Below, piece by piece: positions 9,828 to 19,209 of a DNA stretch of 64,000 nt. The DNA is from an uncultured Saprospirales bacterium. GTDB taxonomy: Bacteria > Bacteroidota > Bacteroidia > Chitinophagales > JADIYW01. The translations under genes and the position numbers were made by a program. Position 1 is the stretch's first letter. Each line of letters opens with the position of its first letter. The stretch is taken from contig CALLKF010000138.1 of NCBI GenBank assembly GCA_938008535.1, forward strand, positions 16,930 through 80,929. Reading direction: 5' to 3'. Below the pieces are notes generated by a model. It was not told the origin of the DNA. It made no database searches and worked only from the letters and a program-made list of their open reading frames with translations.

Positions 9828-10184
9828 TCTGACGCACGTCAAATCAAATCTGACACAACCAAAATCGAGTCTGACACAACCAAAATGAAGCCAAACACAG
9901 CCAAAAAGGAATCTGACACATCCAAAATAGAGTCTGACACACGCAAATTGGTATCTGACACACAAAAAAGGGTGTCTTACACAGCCAAAATGGAAATTGA
10001 CACAATCAAAATGAATGCTGACACAACCAAAATGACAATTGACACAACCAAGAATAGAGTGTAACACAACCAAAACAACAATTGACACACCCAAAATGAT
10101 ACTGACACAAGCAAAATGGAAATTGACACACCCAAAATGACTTCTTACACGAACAAAATAAGGCCTGACGAGACCAAAATAATG
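9828..10184. repeat. Array of 17 direct repeats, 21-bp period; consensus TCTGACACAACCAAAAT + variable tail
   Basis: Units read directly: tctgacgcacgtcaaatcaaa (9828), tctgacacaaccaaaatcgag (9849), tctgacacaaccaaaatgaag (9870), and so on to cctgacgagaccaaaataatg (10164). Total length is exactly 17x21 nt. Units 12-13 are offset by +1 nt and the register is then restored. Degenerate copies continue to ~10247. Confidence 0.9.
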
Positions 10185-10293
10185 CATTCAGAAATGTAGA
10201 TAAATGCTTACAAATGCAAATAAACACTGTCACAAATCAAAATTCGACCAAACCATTGCTATTAATGACGGCTTTCATTCTATTTAATAAAAA

Positions 10294-10317
10294 ATGCCAC
10301 GATGTAAATCGTGGCAT
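10294..10317 (-). terminator. Rho-independent terminator of the M43 peptidase gene
   Basis: 10-bp stem: atgccacgat (10294-10303), loop gtaa, atcgtggcat (10308-10317). On the minus strand a T-run follows (the plus strand reads ...ataaaaa just upstream). Confidence 0.75.
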
Positions 10318-10353
10318 CCAAAAAATATAAAACTATGAAAAAAACAAAAAGAA

Positions 10354-11310
10354 TTATTGTGCAAAAGTTGCTCTTGGACCACCAGTTGCAAACGTAGCTA
10401 AAATTCTAGATTTTTGACCTGTAGAGAACATGTACATACATGCATCATCTGTGTAGTCCATATAGTTCATTGTCATTTCAATTGGTGTGCCTGTGCAAGT
10501 AGATTTATGGCCAGCAGCTGGGCAACCGTAATTAGCAGTATTGTGCGTTGGTGTATCAGAAACTAAGTCAGAACCACAAGTAGCGTCGCCCCAAATGTGA
10601 CGTAAGTTTAACCAGTGACCAACTTCGTGTGTTGCTGTTCTGCCTTTGTTATATGGCGCAGCTGCAGTTCCTGTTCTACCAAAACCTTTGTTTAAAATAA
10701 CTACACCATCTGTTGCAGATGAACCACCAGGAAATTGAGCATAACCTAAAATTCCACCACTTAACGTACAAACCCAAAGGTTCAATTTTGTAGTTGGTGA
10801 AGTTGGATTGATACCACCTTTAGAAGATTTCTTCATCGCATCATCCGTTTTCCAAGATGTTTTTGTAGTAGATTTACGTATTACTTGATCTAATACGAAA
10901 CGTATTCCAACATTTGCTTTTACACCAGAAAAAGTAGATGGTACTAAACTGAAATCTGTGTTAGTAGCATTAAAATCTTCGTTTAATACATCAATTTGAG
11001 ATTGAATTTGTGCTTGAGAAATATTTTCAGCAGTAGTTCTGTATAATACGTTTACAACCACTGGAATTTCAATCACGCCATTCACTAATCGTGCATTCAC
11101 GTTGTTTCTTAAATTGTTTTGAACAGCATCTTCTGCAGCTTGTAAACGTGCTTCTAAAGTTGGGTCTGCTTTCATTTGTGCGGCTAATACTTCCATTGAC
11201 GAACAATTTCGTTGTGTAGGTGTACCAGCAGCATCTGTTGTTAAATTGTTTTTTTGGCAGCTTGCAAATAAGATGGCAACAGCTGTACTTACTAAAAGTA
11301 ATTTCTTCAT
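10354..11310 (-). CDS. Zinc metalloprotease, M43 (cytophagalysin/pappalysin-like) family lipoprotein
   Basis: HEVGHWLNLRHIWGD (HExxHxxxxxH) with a downstream MNYMDY Met-turn. N-terminal signal with Cys (ILFASC). Confidence 0.8.
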   Translation of the reverse strand: MKKLLLVSTAVAILFASCQKNNLTTDAAGTPTQRNCSSMEVLAAQMKADPTLEARLQAAEDAVQNNLRNNVNARLVNGVIEIPVVVNVLYRTTAENISQAQIQSQIDVLNEDFNATNTDFSLVPSTFSGVKANVGIRFVLDQVIRKSTTKTSWKTDDAMKKSSKGGINPTSPTTKLNLWVCTLSGGILGYAQFPGGSSATDGVVILNKGFGRTGTAAAPYNKGRTATHEVGHWLNLRHIWGDATCGSDLVSDTPTHNTANYGCPAAGHKSTCTGTPIEMTMNYMDYTDDACMYMFSTGQKSRILATFATGGPRATFAQ

Positions 11311-11412
11311 TTAAAAATGTTTTGTGTTAAAAAATAATTTACGACTATACGAATCTAATAATTTTTTGTTAAGCAATCAAAAAATTAACACAATAATTTG
11401 TTAACATTAAGT

Positions 11413-12294
11413 TTATTGTACATTTTTTGACTTAAATCTATTTTTTCTTCTTCTGTAGATAAGATAAATTACACCAGCAATCAGGATGCTGAATGGCCAA
11501 ATTTTTATGATACCTAAAATAAAAAATAAAAATCCTTTCCAACCTTCTGCAAAGCTTTTGCCTATTTCACCAAAAAATCCAACAGGCGCCGATGTGGTTT
11601 CGTAAAATGAAAGATGCAAGGTACTCATCGAAATTCTGTCGTTTAAATATTTCAATCTGCCTTCTGCACTTTCTATATCTGTGCGTACTACATTTAGTTG
11701 TTGTTCTACTTGCAATACTTCAGAAACATTTTTAGTTTGTTTCAATAAATCAATATAATGTTGTTCCAGTTCTTTTTTTGTTTTAATGCGTGTGCTTACG
11801 TCAATAAATTCTTCTGTAACATCCAATACTTTTATGTTTTTTTCATCGAACTTCGGAACATCTTTTTCAATCGTATTTACAAATGCATCAAATTTATCAG
11901 AAGGAATTCTGAGCTCAATATTAGTAGAAACTTCATAATCATTTCGCGATTGATTATCGTTAGAAATGTATGCATCGTATTTTTTTGCTTGTGCAAGAAT
12001 GGAAGCATGTGTTTTGTTAATATCAGAAGTTTCCCATTTCAGATTGCCTTCTTTCATTAGTTTACGTTCAATAGCTGAATCATTTTTGTTAGAAGATACA
12101 GTTGGAATTGGTGTTGAAGTTGCTGCATTAGAACTTGGTGTACTGCTAGCTTCATCCATTGCAACTTCAGGAATTGCTGTAGTTACAGCCATTTCAGTAG
12201 CTGCTTCTTTTTCGTTTTGTTTACATTGTGTAAAAAAGACGATTATAAAAATGGAAACAAACAAGGTTGTTTTACTTAAAATAATCTTTTGCAT
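11413..12294 (-). CDS. Membrane-anchored lipoprotein, DUF4349-like architecture
   Basis: Lipoprotein-type signal (FFTQC), a coiled-coil-rich centre, and C-terminal TM helices followed by a basic tail (RRRKNRFKSK). The family assignment is from memory of the architecture only. Confidence 0.5.
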   Translation of the reverse strand: MQKIILSKTTLFVSIFIIVFFTQCKQNEKEAATEMAVTTAIPEVAMDEASSTPSSNAATSTPIPTVSSNKNDSAIERKLMKEGNLKWETSDINKTHASILAQAKKYDAYISNDNQSRNDYEVSTNIELRIPSDKFDAFVNTIEKDVPKFDEKNIKVLDVTEEFIDVSTRIKTKKELEQHYIDLLKQTKNVSEVLQVEQQLNVVRTDIESAEGRLKYLNDRISMSTLHLSFYETTSAPVGFFGEIGKSFAEGWKGFLFFILGIIKIWPFSILIAGVIYLIYRRRKNRFKSKNVQ

Positions 12295-12380
12295 GTTGGT
12301 TTGGTTTTGGTTATTTTAAAGTTGCTTAAAATAAGTTGAATTTAAATAACCGAAATAGTTAAGAATGATTAAGGATATTT

Positions 12381-13460
12381 TTAATCGTAAGAAAATATTT
12401 TTTTCCAACTATTAACATGACCAAATTCTATGTAACGATAAGACATGATTGAAATGGCAAGAGAAAGTAGCCAGAATTTAGCCAATAACATTGGACCTCT
12501 GTTACTGATGTCACCTATTTTATCAGCAAATAAATCAACAATAAAGGAATGCCATAAATAAAATGAAAACGACATTCTACCTAACATTCGAAGCGGATAG
12601 TTTAATAAAATGCTTTTTAAAATTTTTGGCGCAATGAAATAAATAATGACCATAGCAATAATGCTAATGTGTGTCAAGTTATTCATAAATGACAATAGTA
12701 ATGTATTGTTTTTTTGTAAGATTCTATTGTCGTACCAAAAATTGAAATTGAATTTTGATAAAAAATAAATTACTACACACAACACAATTATTACAATCAT
12801 TTTTTGATTAATTTTCTCGTGAATTTTTGTTTTTAGAATTAGATAACAGAGCATAATACCAAGTACAAAATCATCTAATCGTGCAATAAAACTATCTTTT
12901 AGATAATTTAAAATGGTGTACTTTATTGGTAAAGTGAAACTATAAAGTCGTACTGATAATGAAATAATTAAAACGACAAAGAAAGACAAATATGGCTTTT
13001 TCTTGAAGAAGAATAGGATGATAACAAACAAAATACTAAACCAAATTTCTACGCTTAGCGACCACATTACATCGTTTACATGTGGAAAAAAATACTTCTT
13101 TGTAAATGTATTGTAGGTAGTTATGGTGTAAATAAAATCTATAAATGCTTCATGGTCAAAGTGCGATCTAAAATACACACCAATCATTGCGCTGAATATC
13201 ATTAATGGCAATAAACGCTTGGCTCTTCTTTGATAAAATTCTAAAATATCTTTACTTGAAGAAAAAGATTTATCGTCTATTAAATAGGGTATTGCTAATG
13301 AAAAGCCAGATAAAACGAAAAACAAATTTACTGCTTGCCAGCAATTATTCATTAATATTGGGTAATCACGAAGAAACCAATAGCTACCTGTATGTTGACA
13401 TGCAACCATAATTACAGCCAACCCACGCATCGCATCTATTTCTTTTATTTTGTAAGACAT
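12381..13460 (-). CDS. Acyltransferase family 3 (OafA/YrhL-like) membrane protein
   Basis: Polytopic membrane protein with an N-terminal IDAMRGLAVIMVACQH motif typical of acyltransferase_3. Confidence 0.7.
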   Translation of the reverse strand: MSYKIKEIDAMRGLAVIMVACQHTGSYWFLRDYPILMNNCWQAVNLFFVLSGFSLAIPYLIDDKSFSSSKDILEFYQRRAKRLLPLMIFSAMIGVYFRSHFDHEAFIDFIYTITTYNTFTKKYFFPHVNDVMWSLSVEIWFSILFVIILFFFKKKPYLSFFVVLIISLSVRLYSFTLPIKYTILNYLKDSFIARLDDFVLGIMLCYLILKTKIHEKINQKMIVIIVLCVVIYFLSKFNFNFWYDNRILQKNNTLLLSFMNNLTHISIIAMVIIYFIAPKILKSILLNYPLRMLGRMSFSFYLWHSFIVDLFADKIGDISNRGPMLLAKFWLLSLAISIMSYRYIEFGHVNSWKKIFSYD

Positions 13461-13512
13461 AAATTATAAAAAAGGTGTTAATGACTTACAAAAATATTAT
13501 AAAAAATTGAAA

Positions 13513-14223
13513 TTACGCTAAATTACAAAACACCGTTTGTACATCTTCGTCTTGTTCCAGCTTGTCAATCAATTCTAAAACATCGTCGGTTTGTTCTTCG
13601 TTTAGTTCTTTGTGTATTGTTGGAATACGTTGCAACTCTGCACTAATGACTTCAATTCCTTTATCTTCTAACGCTTTTTGCATAGAGCCAAAGTCAGCAA
13701 ATTTGGTGTAAATAACTAATTGGTTCTCTTCATTTTTTTCTAAATTATCCAATCCTGCATCAATTAAGTCCAATTCCAACTCATCCATATCTCTGTTTTC
13801 AGCAGCAATTTTAAAAACGCCTTTGCGTTCAAAAATAAAATCATGCATACCAAGCGTGCCAATAGAACCACCATTTTTATTGAAAATAGCACGCAAATTA
13901 GCAACCGTTCTGTTCACGTTATCTGTCGCCGTTTCCACTATCAAAGCCGTTGCGTGCGGACCCATTCCTTCGTAAACCACCATTGCAAATCCTTTGTCAT
14001 CTTTGGAAGAAGCTCTTTTTATAGCTGCCTCAATTCTATCTTTTGGCATTTGCGCAGCTTTTGCGTTTTGTATGGCTCTTCTCAAGCTGGAATTGGTATC
14101 AGGACTTGCACCACCTTCTTTTATTGCCATGGCAATTTCTCTTCCAGCTCTGGTAAATGCTTTTGCCATTTTGTCCCAACGAGCAAATTTTGCTGCTTTT
14201 CTATATTCAAACGCGCGACCCAT
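13513..14223 (-). CDS. YebC/PmpR family DNA-binding transcriptional regulator
   Basis: The N-terminus MGRAFEYRKAAKFARWDKMAKAFTRAGREI...LRRAIQNAKAAQMPKDRIE is the hallmark conserved YebC sequence. Confidence 0.9.
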   Translation of the reverse strand: MGRAFEYRKAAKFARWDKMAKAFTRAGREIAMAIKEGGASPDTNSSLRRAIQNAKAAQMPKDRIEAAIKRASSKDDKGFAMVVYEGMGPHATALIVETATDNVNRTVANLRAIFNKNGGSIGTLGMHDFIFERKGVFKIAAENRDMDELELDLIDAGLDNLEKNEENQLVIYTKFADFGSMQKALEDKGIEVISAELQRIPTIHKELNEEQTDDVLELIDKLEQDEDVQTVFCNLA

Positions 14224-14313
14224 TTTATAACTATTTAGTGTTTAATGATGAATGTTTAATTGAACCGCAAAGATAAATAGAAAAAGAATGAAAGAAAATT
14301 TTTAAGTAAAAAT

Positions 14314-14724
14314 TTATACTTCTATAAATCTGTTTCTGATTTCTGGCGATGGAATCATGCAACTATCTTTTTTGCCAAACCATTTGTATCGGTTTTTGGC
14401 AACGAAATCATAAAAGAAATCAGTTAAAAAGGCAGGAAATATGCCTAGAAAAGAAAGTAACTTCCAAAATCCACCGAAATAATTAGCAATATGAAATGCA
14501 GCTGTTGATTTTGTATAGATTTGATTGTTTTCAAAAAACACAACACTTTCCAATGCTGTTGTATGATGAAATTGTTTCAATAAATTTTGTCCAAATTCAG
14601 ATTGTAAACTCGCAAATTTTAAAGAATTTGATTTATCGTGTTTGATAATAAATTGTACACTTGAATCACAGAAATTACAAACGCCGTCGAACAGCACCAC
14701 TTTATCTGTTAGTACATCACTCAC
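14314..14724 (-). CDS. Thiol-disulfide oxidoreductase DCC (DUF393) family protein
   Basis: N-terminal FDGVCNFCD CxxC motif and ~136 aa size. Confidence 0.7.
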   Translation of the reverse strand: MSDVLTDKVVLFDGVCNFCDSSVQFIIKHDKSNSLKFASLQSEFGQNLLKQFHHTTALESVVFFENNQIYTKSTAAFHIANYFGGFWKLLSFLGIFPAFLTDFFYDFVAKNRYKWFGKKDSCMIPSPEIRNRFIEV

Positions 14725-16615
14725 TTTTTATAAATTTTGTTACACCAACTTGGTTTGTTTTTAAATTGGTGATTTTTAAAATGTACGTTGCTGCAGGAAA
14801 TTCTTCTACAGAAATAATGGCATCATCATTTAATTTTTGTTCAGAAACTAAATTACCTGTTAAAGAAAATATTTGCAATAAACTGTTTTGTTTAATTCCT
14901 TCAATAGATAAATTATATTTTGTTGGATTTGGAAATATTTTAATTAGGTATGGTGTTGCTTTTATTTCTTTGACTGGTGTTAAATAACTTGGCAATGCTT
15001 TGCCAACTACTGGATTCATGATCATGCTGCCAGCAAATGCAGATTGTAGCCATTTGTTGGTGCCACTTACATAAAAATTATTTTCTGAACCATTATTATT
15101 TCTGTCAAAACCAATCACTAATGATTTTGCATTTTCTACTAAAACACCAACTGCAAATGAATCTTTCACCAACAATGGAAACGATGCGCCATTTTTCACA
15201 AACAATGGTTTGATAGGTGCGTAGTAGTAACCATTCAAAGTATCAACGCCATATTCTTTTACTAATTTATTGATAGTTAGATTTGGCTCTTGATAAATTA
15301 AATCATCTTCGTTGTAATCGGTATTTCGAGCTACATTTTTCCAAACACAAACACTAAACGTAGCCAATTTATTGTCCACATCAACAGGAATAAATTTGAA
15401 TTTTATGGCTTGCAAAGTGTCTTCGTTTTTTATCAAATATTTTACAGCCATTTTATAATATGGCAAATCAAAAACACGATAACCACGTTCTGGTGTGCCA
15501 TCATCATAGGCATAAAAATTACTGAATACTTGGTTATGCGTAATTGTATTATTTGCTAAAACACTCGCTGACTCACCAGCTTCTGCAGTAGTTGTAAAGG
15601 TATAATCAACTTTAACAATTATTGTATCATCAGTTAAACCTGTTGGAATATTGAACTTTGGATATTTAATTTCGTTTTCAGTATTTGGACCAAAATCGCC
15701 TAATGGTGGACCAGAACCAGTTGAAATTATAGTTGCAGTATTTACTAGCGTTGATATGTATGAATCGTTATAATCAGTTGTAACGTTGATGAAATTATTT
15801 TTTATAAAAACAGAAACAGTATCTTTTAAATCTGTTGAGTCAAACTGATTATAAGGCATCACATAATATTTTTTCAATAAACTTTTAGGCAAAAATTCGT
15901 AAGCCATTTCTTTAATATTTTTGTCAACTGATGTATCTCTGTTTTTATCTAATCGAACATAATCTATATTCCAAATATCATTTGCACCAGTTAAACTACC
16001 AAAAGTATTAAATCGAAACTGAAAGTTAGCATGCAAATAATTAGAATCTACTTTAATATAAATTTGTTTCATTTCTTTTATAGAAGTATCTGGAATAATA
16101 TGCGCCACTTCGTTCCAAACACCAGCAGTATCTAAGAATTGTACGTTCAAAAAATCTTGAGTAGCTTCTGGTGTTTCACCAAATTCACCAGTTAAATAAA
16201 AAAAACTTAAAAAGACAGCACTGTCATTTGTTAAGCCAGATAAATCTATGGTGTTTGACGTTAGTTTATCAGCATAACCTTTTGCATTTACTAATAAACT
16301 ATAAGGATTTCCAGTTGCGTTGGTACCATCAAAAGTTGCTACACCAATTGTAACAGTATTGATTGGATAGTGTGCATTTATGTACACAAAATTATCTTGC
16401 CAACGTAATGGATTTGGGAAAATTTCTTGTTGATTGAAATCTTCAAAAAATGGTAAGCTTAATGCAGCTATTCTGTTTTGTGCTTTTTGTTGTAAAAATT
16501 GTTGATTGCTAAAATCTGACTTATAGATGTTTTTAGATAATGGTACTAATTCTTCTTGTGAAAAAGCTAAGTTGCAAAAAAAGAATAGCAATATGTATAA
16601 ATAATTTTTTATCAT
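14717..16615 (-). CDS. T9SS C-terminal-domain secreted protein, function unknown
   Basis: Signal peptide (LLFFFCNLAFSQ). The C-terminus IKIFPNPTKYNLSIEG...ATYILKITN...TKFIKSE resembles a T9SS sorting domain. Overlaps the downstream gene by 8 nt. Confidence 0.7.
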   Translation of the reverse strand: MIKNYLYILLFFFCNLAFSQEELVPLSKNIYKSDFSNQQFLQQKAQNRIAALSLPFFEDFNQQEIFPNPLRWQDNFVYINAHYPINTVTIGVATFDGTNATGNPYSLLVNAKGYADKLTSNTIDLSGLTNDSAVFLSFFYLTGEFGETPEATQDFLNVQFLDTAGVWNEVAHIIPDTSIKEMKQIYIKVDSNYLHANFQFRFNTFGSLTGANDIWNIDYVRLDKNRDTSVDKNIKEMAYEFLPKSLLKKYYVMPYNQFDSTDLKDTVSVFIKNNFINVTTDYNDSYISTLVNTATIISTGSGPPLGDFGPNTENEIKYPKFNIPTGLTDDTIIVKVDYTFTTTAEAGESASVLANNTITHNQVFSNFYAYDDGTPERGYRVFDLPYYKMAVKYLIKNEDTLQAIKFKFIPVDVDNKLATFSVCVWKNVARNTDYNEDDLIYQEPNLTINKLVKEYGVDTLNGYYYAPIKPLFVKNGASFPLLVKDSFAVGVLVENAKSLVIGFDRNNNGSENNFYVSGTNKWLQSAFAGSMIMNPVVGKALPSYLTPVKEIKATPYLIKIFPNPTKYNLSIEGIKQNSLLQIFSLTGNLVSEQKLNDDAIISVEEFPAATYILKITNLKTNQVGVTKFIKSE

Positions 16616-17403
16616 TTTTTCTGTAAAGTGTTAATTCCATTATTATTCGCTTCTTCTGTCATTGTTTTTGTCTGTCTGATAAACAAATTTACAGAATTAT
16701 TTGGTCCTAATTTTCCAGGCACACCATATTTAGGTTCTTGCTCATACACATACGCTGCTAATGAATCGGTAATCTGTCCATCTGCTAAAAGCATACCTCG
16801 ATTTAAATGCACTGCATCTAAAACTGCAATAGCTTCTAAAACTGTTAAATCAGTTAAAGGTGGCACTTCAGCAATTTGGTTTCCAAAACCATCGCCTAAA
16901 ACTAAATCGATACTGGATCCTTTTTTTACTACTTTTCCAGCTTTTACTTCTTTTCCATCAACTTGTATTCCTAGTACTGCATCTTTAGCCATATCAGGAA
17001 TATAAATATAATTTCCAACTTTAAGACCCCAACTATTCATGATTAACTCAGCTTGACGGCGCGAATTATCAATTAAATTTGGAATTTTTACGCTTGGTGG
17101 TTGTGAAGCATTTAAGGTTAAATAAATTTTTCTACCTTCTTTTACTAAAGCACCTTTTCTAGGTTGCTGATCAATTATAGATAATGGTGGAATATCTTCA
17201 CGAAACGTAGAGTCAACCACAATGAAATCTAAATTATTTTTATTGAGTTCTTTTTTTGCTTCATAAAATGATTTTCCTCTAATATCTGGCACGTTTTGAT
17301 TTTGTCCATGCTTTGTATAAACATTTAATCCAAAATAAACAGCGAACATCAAGCCAACAGTTACTCCAAGTAAGGATAATATAGTCAATAAAAGTTTTCC
17401 CAT
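16612..17403 (-). CDS. PASTA domain-containing membrane-anchored protein
   Basis: N-terminal TM helix followed by three PASTA-like repeats (PDIRGKSFYEAKKEL..., IPNLIDNSRRQAELIM..., VPPLTDLTVLEAIAVL...). 4-nt overlap with the next gene. Confidence 0.7.
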   Translation of the reverse strand: MGKLLLTILSLLGVTVGLMFAVYFGLNVYTKHGQNQNVPDIRGKSFYEAKKELNKNNLDFIVVDSTFREDIPPLSIIDQQPRKGALVKEGRKIYLTLNASQPPSVKIPNLIDNSRRQAELIMNSWGLKVGNYIYIPDMAKDAVLGIQVDGKEVKAGKVVKKGSSIDLVLGDGFGNQIAEVPPLTDLTVLEAIAVLDAVHLNRGMLLADGQITDSLAAYVYEQEPKYGVPGKLGPNNSVNLFIRQTKTMTEEANNNGINTLQKK

Positions 17404-17530
17404 TTATTTTTTAATTCAACTTCAAATATATTGATTTATAGTGTAACGAACATTTTTTTTGCAATAAAAACGCAAAAATACTATCCATATTTTGTTTGTA
17501 ACTCTATATTTACATTATTAAATCTAAAAA

Positions 17531-18616
17531 ATGACAAAATTAAAAATCGGTTTGGTATTTGGTGGAAAATCGCCTGAGCACGAAGTTTCTATCGTTTCTG
17601 CACGTAATATCTATAAAGCAATTGATAAAAATAAATTCGATGTTTCGCTGATTGGTATTTCGCAAAACGGTCAATGGTTTTTAGAACAAGAAGAAAATTT
17701 ATTGGATGATGCTTGTGTGGTTGGAAAAAATGGAATACAATTGGCAACTGTTTTTGGCAATGCAACCAATAAAATTATTCGATTAGATAATCAAGAATTT
17801 TTGACAGATTTAGATGCGCTTTTTCCGATTACGCATGGACCAAATGGTGAAGATGGAACATTGCAAGGTGTTTTTCTTCAATTAGATATTCCATTTGTTG
17901 GACCCAGCGTTTTAGGTTCAGCAGTTGCGATGGACAAAGATTTTACCAAACGTATTTTGCGCGACGCTGGAATTGGACACGCAAAAGGTATTACGTTTTA
18001 TAAGCATGAAATAGATAATATTTCTTTTGATGAAACTACGAAAGAATTAGGAACTACTTTATTTATTAAACCGTGCAACATGGGTTCGAGTGTTGGAGTG
18101 AGTCGCGCTACAAATGAAACAGAATTTTTAACTGCATTAATTGAAGCATTTAAATTTGATAATAAAGTATTGGTGGAACAAGCTATTTTTGGAAGAGAAT
18201 TAGAGTGTGCAGTTTTAGGAAACGAATTAATTGAAGCAAGCACAGTTGGCGAAATCGTCATGCAAAAAGGTTTTTATGATTTTGAAAATAAATACAAAAA
18301 CGATAACGCAATTATTACGATTCCTGCAAATAATTTGACAGAAAATCAATTGACAAAAATAAAAGAAACTGCACGCAAAGCATATCACGCATTAGCGTTA
18401 GAAGGCATGAGTAGAGTAGATGTTTTTTTAACTGAAAATGATGACGTGATTGTGAACGAACCAAATACATTGCCAGGTTTTACTTCTATTTCCATGTATC
18501 CGAAATTATGGGAAAACTCTGGTTTAAAATATGCTGATTTAATTGAAAAACTCATTAACTTGGCTATACAAAGACATCAACGTGACGCTAATTTGCAGCG
18601 CGTTCGAATTGGATAA
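17531..18616 (+). CDS. ddl: D-alanine--D-alanine ligase
   Basis: GLVFGGKSPEHEVS N-terminus, an ATP-grasp core, C-terminal EPNTLPGFT, ~360 aa. Confidence 0.9.
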   Translation: MTKLKIGLVFGGKSPEHEVSIVSARNIYKAIDKNKFDVSLIGISQNGQWFLEQEENLLDDACVVGKNGIQLATVFGNATNKIIRLDNQEFLTDLDALFPITHGPNGEDGTLQGVFLQLDIPFVGPSVLGSAVAMDKDFTKRILRDAGIGHAKGITFYKHEIDNISFDETTKELGTTLFIKPCNMGSSVGVSRATNETEFLTALIEAFKFDNKVLVEQAIFGRELECAVLGNELIEASTVGEIVMQKGFYDFENKYKNDNAIITIPANNLTENQLTKIKETARKAYHALALEGMSRVDVFLTENDDVIVNEPNTLPGFTSISMYPKLWENSGLKYADLIEKLINLAIQRHQRDANLQRVRIG

Positions 18617-18651
18617 AATGTAATAAATTACCGTTTAAACATTTTAAAAAC

Positions 18652-18684
18652 CGCTTACTCATTAATTCTGGTAAGCGTTTTTTT
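18652..18684 (+). terminator. Rho-independent terminator of ddl
   Basis: Stem cgcttac (18652-18658) / gtaagcg (18671-18677) followed by ttttttt. Confidence 0.65.
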
Positions 18685-18719
18685 AGTAGCTAATATTGTT
18701 CTAACAAAACAAACAAGCT

Positions 18720-19145
18720 ATGAAAAATTTATTATTCTTTATCTTATTCGCTGCGACAATTGGAAACACATTCGCTAAAAAAAATGCAATCAATAACAGT
18801 TCTGTTTTAGGTACTTGGAAATTCACTAAAAAAAGTGCTATTAATGAATTTCAGCAAGTTCAATTAATGAACAAAAATGAAACAGTTAAAGAAGAGTTTT
18901 TTGTGTTCTCTGCTAAAAATAAATTCCAACACCAATTTATAAATGACAAAGGTGTGGTTGTAAAAACATTGACCGGCACATGGAAAGCTGATAAATCTAA
19001 AATAAAAATTGATTACAAAGAATTGGATTATATCTTATCAGTCGATTACTTTTTCATCGGAACAGATTTGGTGCTTGGTCAGAATTTCAGTCATGTGATT
19101 TTTACTAAAGACAATTTAAACGATCAAAATATAACAATGAAATAG
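18720..19145 (+). CDS. Hypothetical secreted protein
   Basis: Signal peptide (FILFAATIGNTFA), 141 aa. No motif recognised. Confidence 0.5.
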   Translation: MKNLLFFILFAATIGNTFAKKNAINNSSVLGTWKFTKKSAINEFQQVQLMNKNETVKEEFFVFSAKNKFQHQFINDKGVVVKTLTGTWKADKSKIKIDYKELDYILSVDYFFIGTDLVLGQNFSHVIFTKDNLNDQNITMK

Positions 19146-19176
19146 TCGTTTTTCTTAAAGTGATTTAATCGTGTTA

Positions 19177-19209
19177 AAGAACGAGTTGCAATAAATGCAG
19201 CTCGTTCTT
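19177..19209 (+). terminator. Hairpin terminator between convergent genes
   Basis: Stem aagaacgag (19177-19185) / ctcgttctt (19201-19209), followed by attttat. It overlaps the stop codon of the minus-strand giant gene. Confidence 0.6.

Noticed and set aside
9795-10233. The 21-bp repeat array considered as a CRISPR array, or as genuine heptad-repeat protein genes (ORFs 9801-10064 +, 9795-10187 -, 10006-10233 -)
   Set aside because: As a CRISPR array: the units abut with only about 4-7 variable nt, far too short for spacers; the repeats are 14-17 nt rather than 24-48 nt; and no cas genes are nearby. As protein genes: three overlapping frames are open simply because the unit lacks stop codons. 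The plus ORF is broken inside unit 12. Wobble positions are as conserved as the others. I did not see a convincing -7 box or signal sequence. I kept it as a repeat feature and a finding, not a CDS.
11758-14238. Antisense ORFs 11758-12060, 11966-12319, 13205-13411, 13843-14238 and 13994-14230
   Set aside because: Each is embedded opposite a CDS with clear family motifs (DUF4349-like, acyltransferase_3, YebC). They are Phe/Cys/Ile-rich shadow translations.
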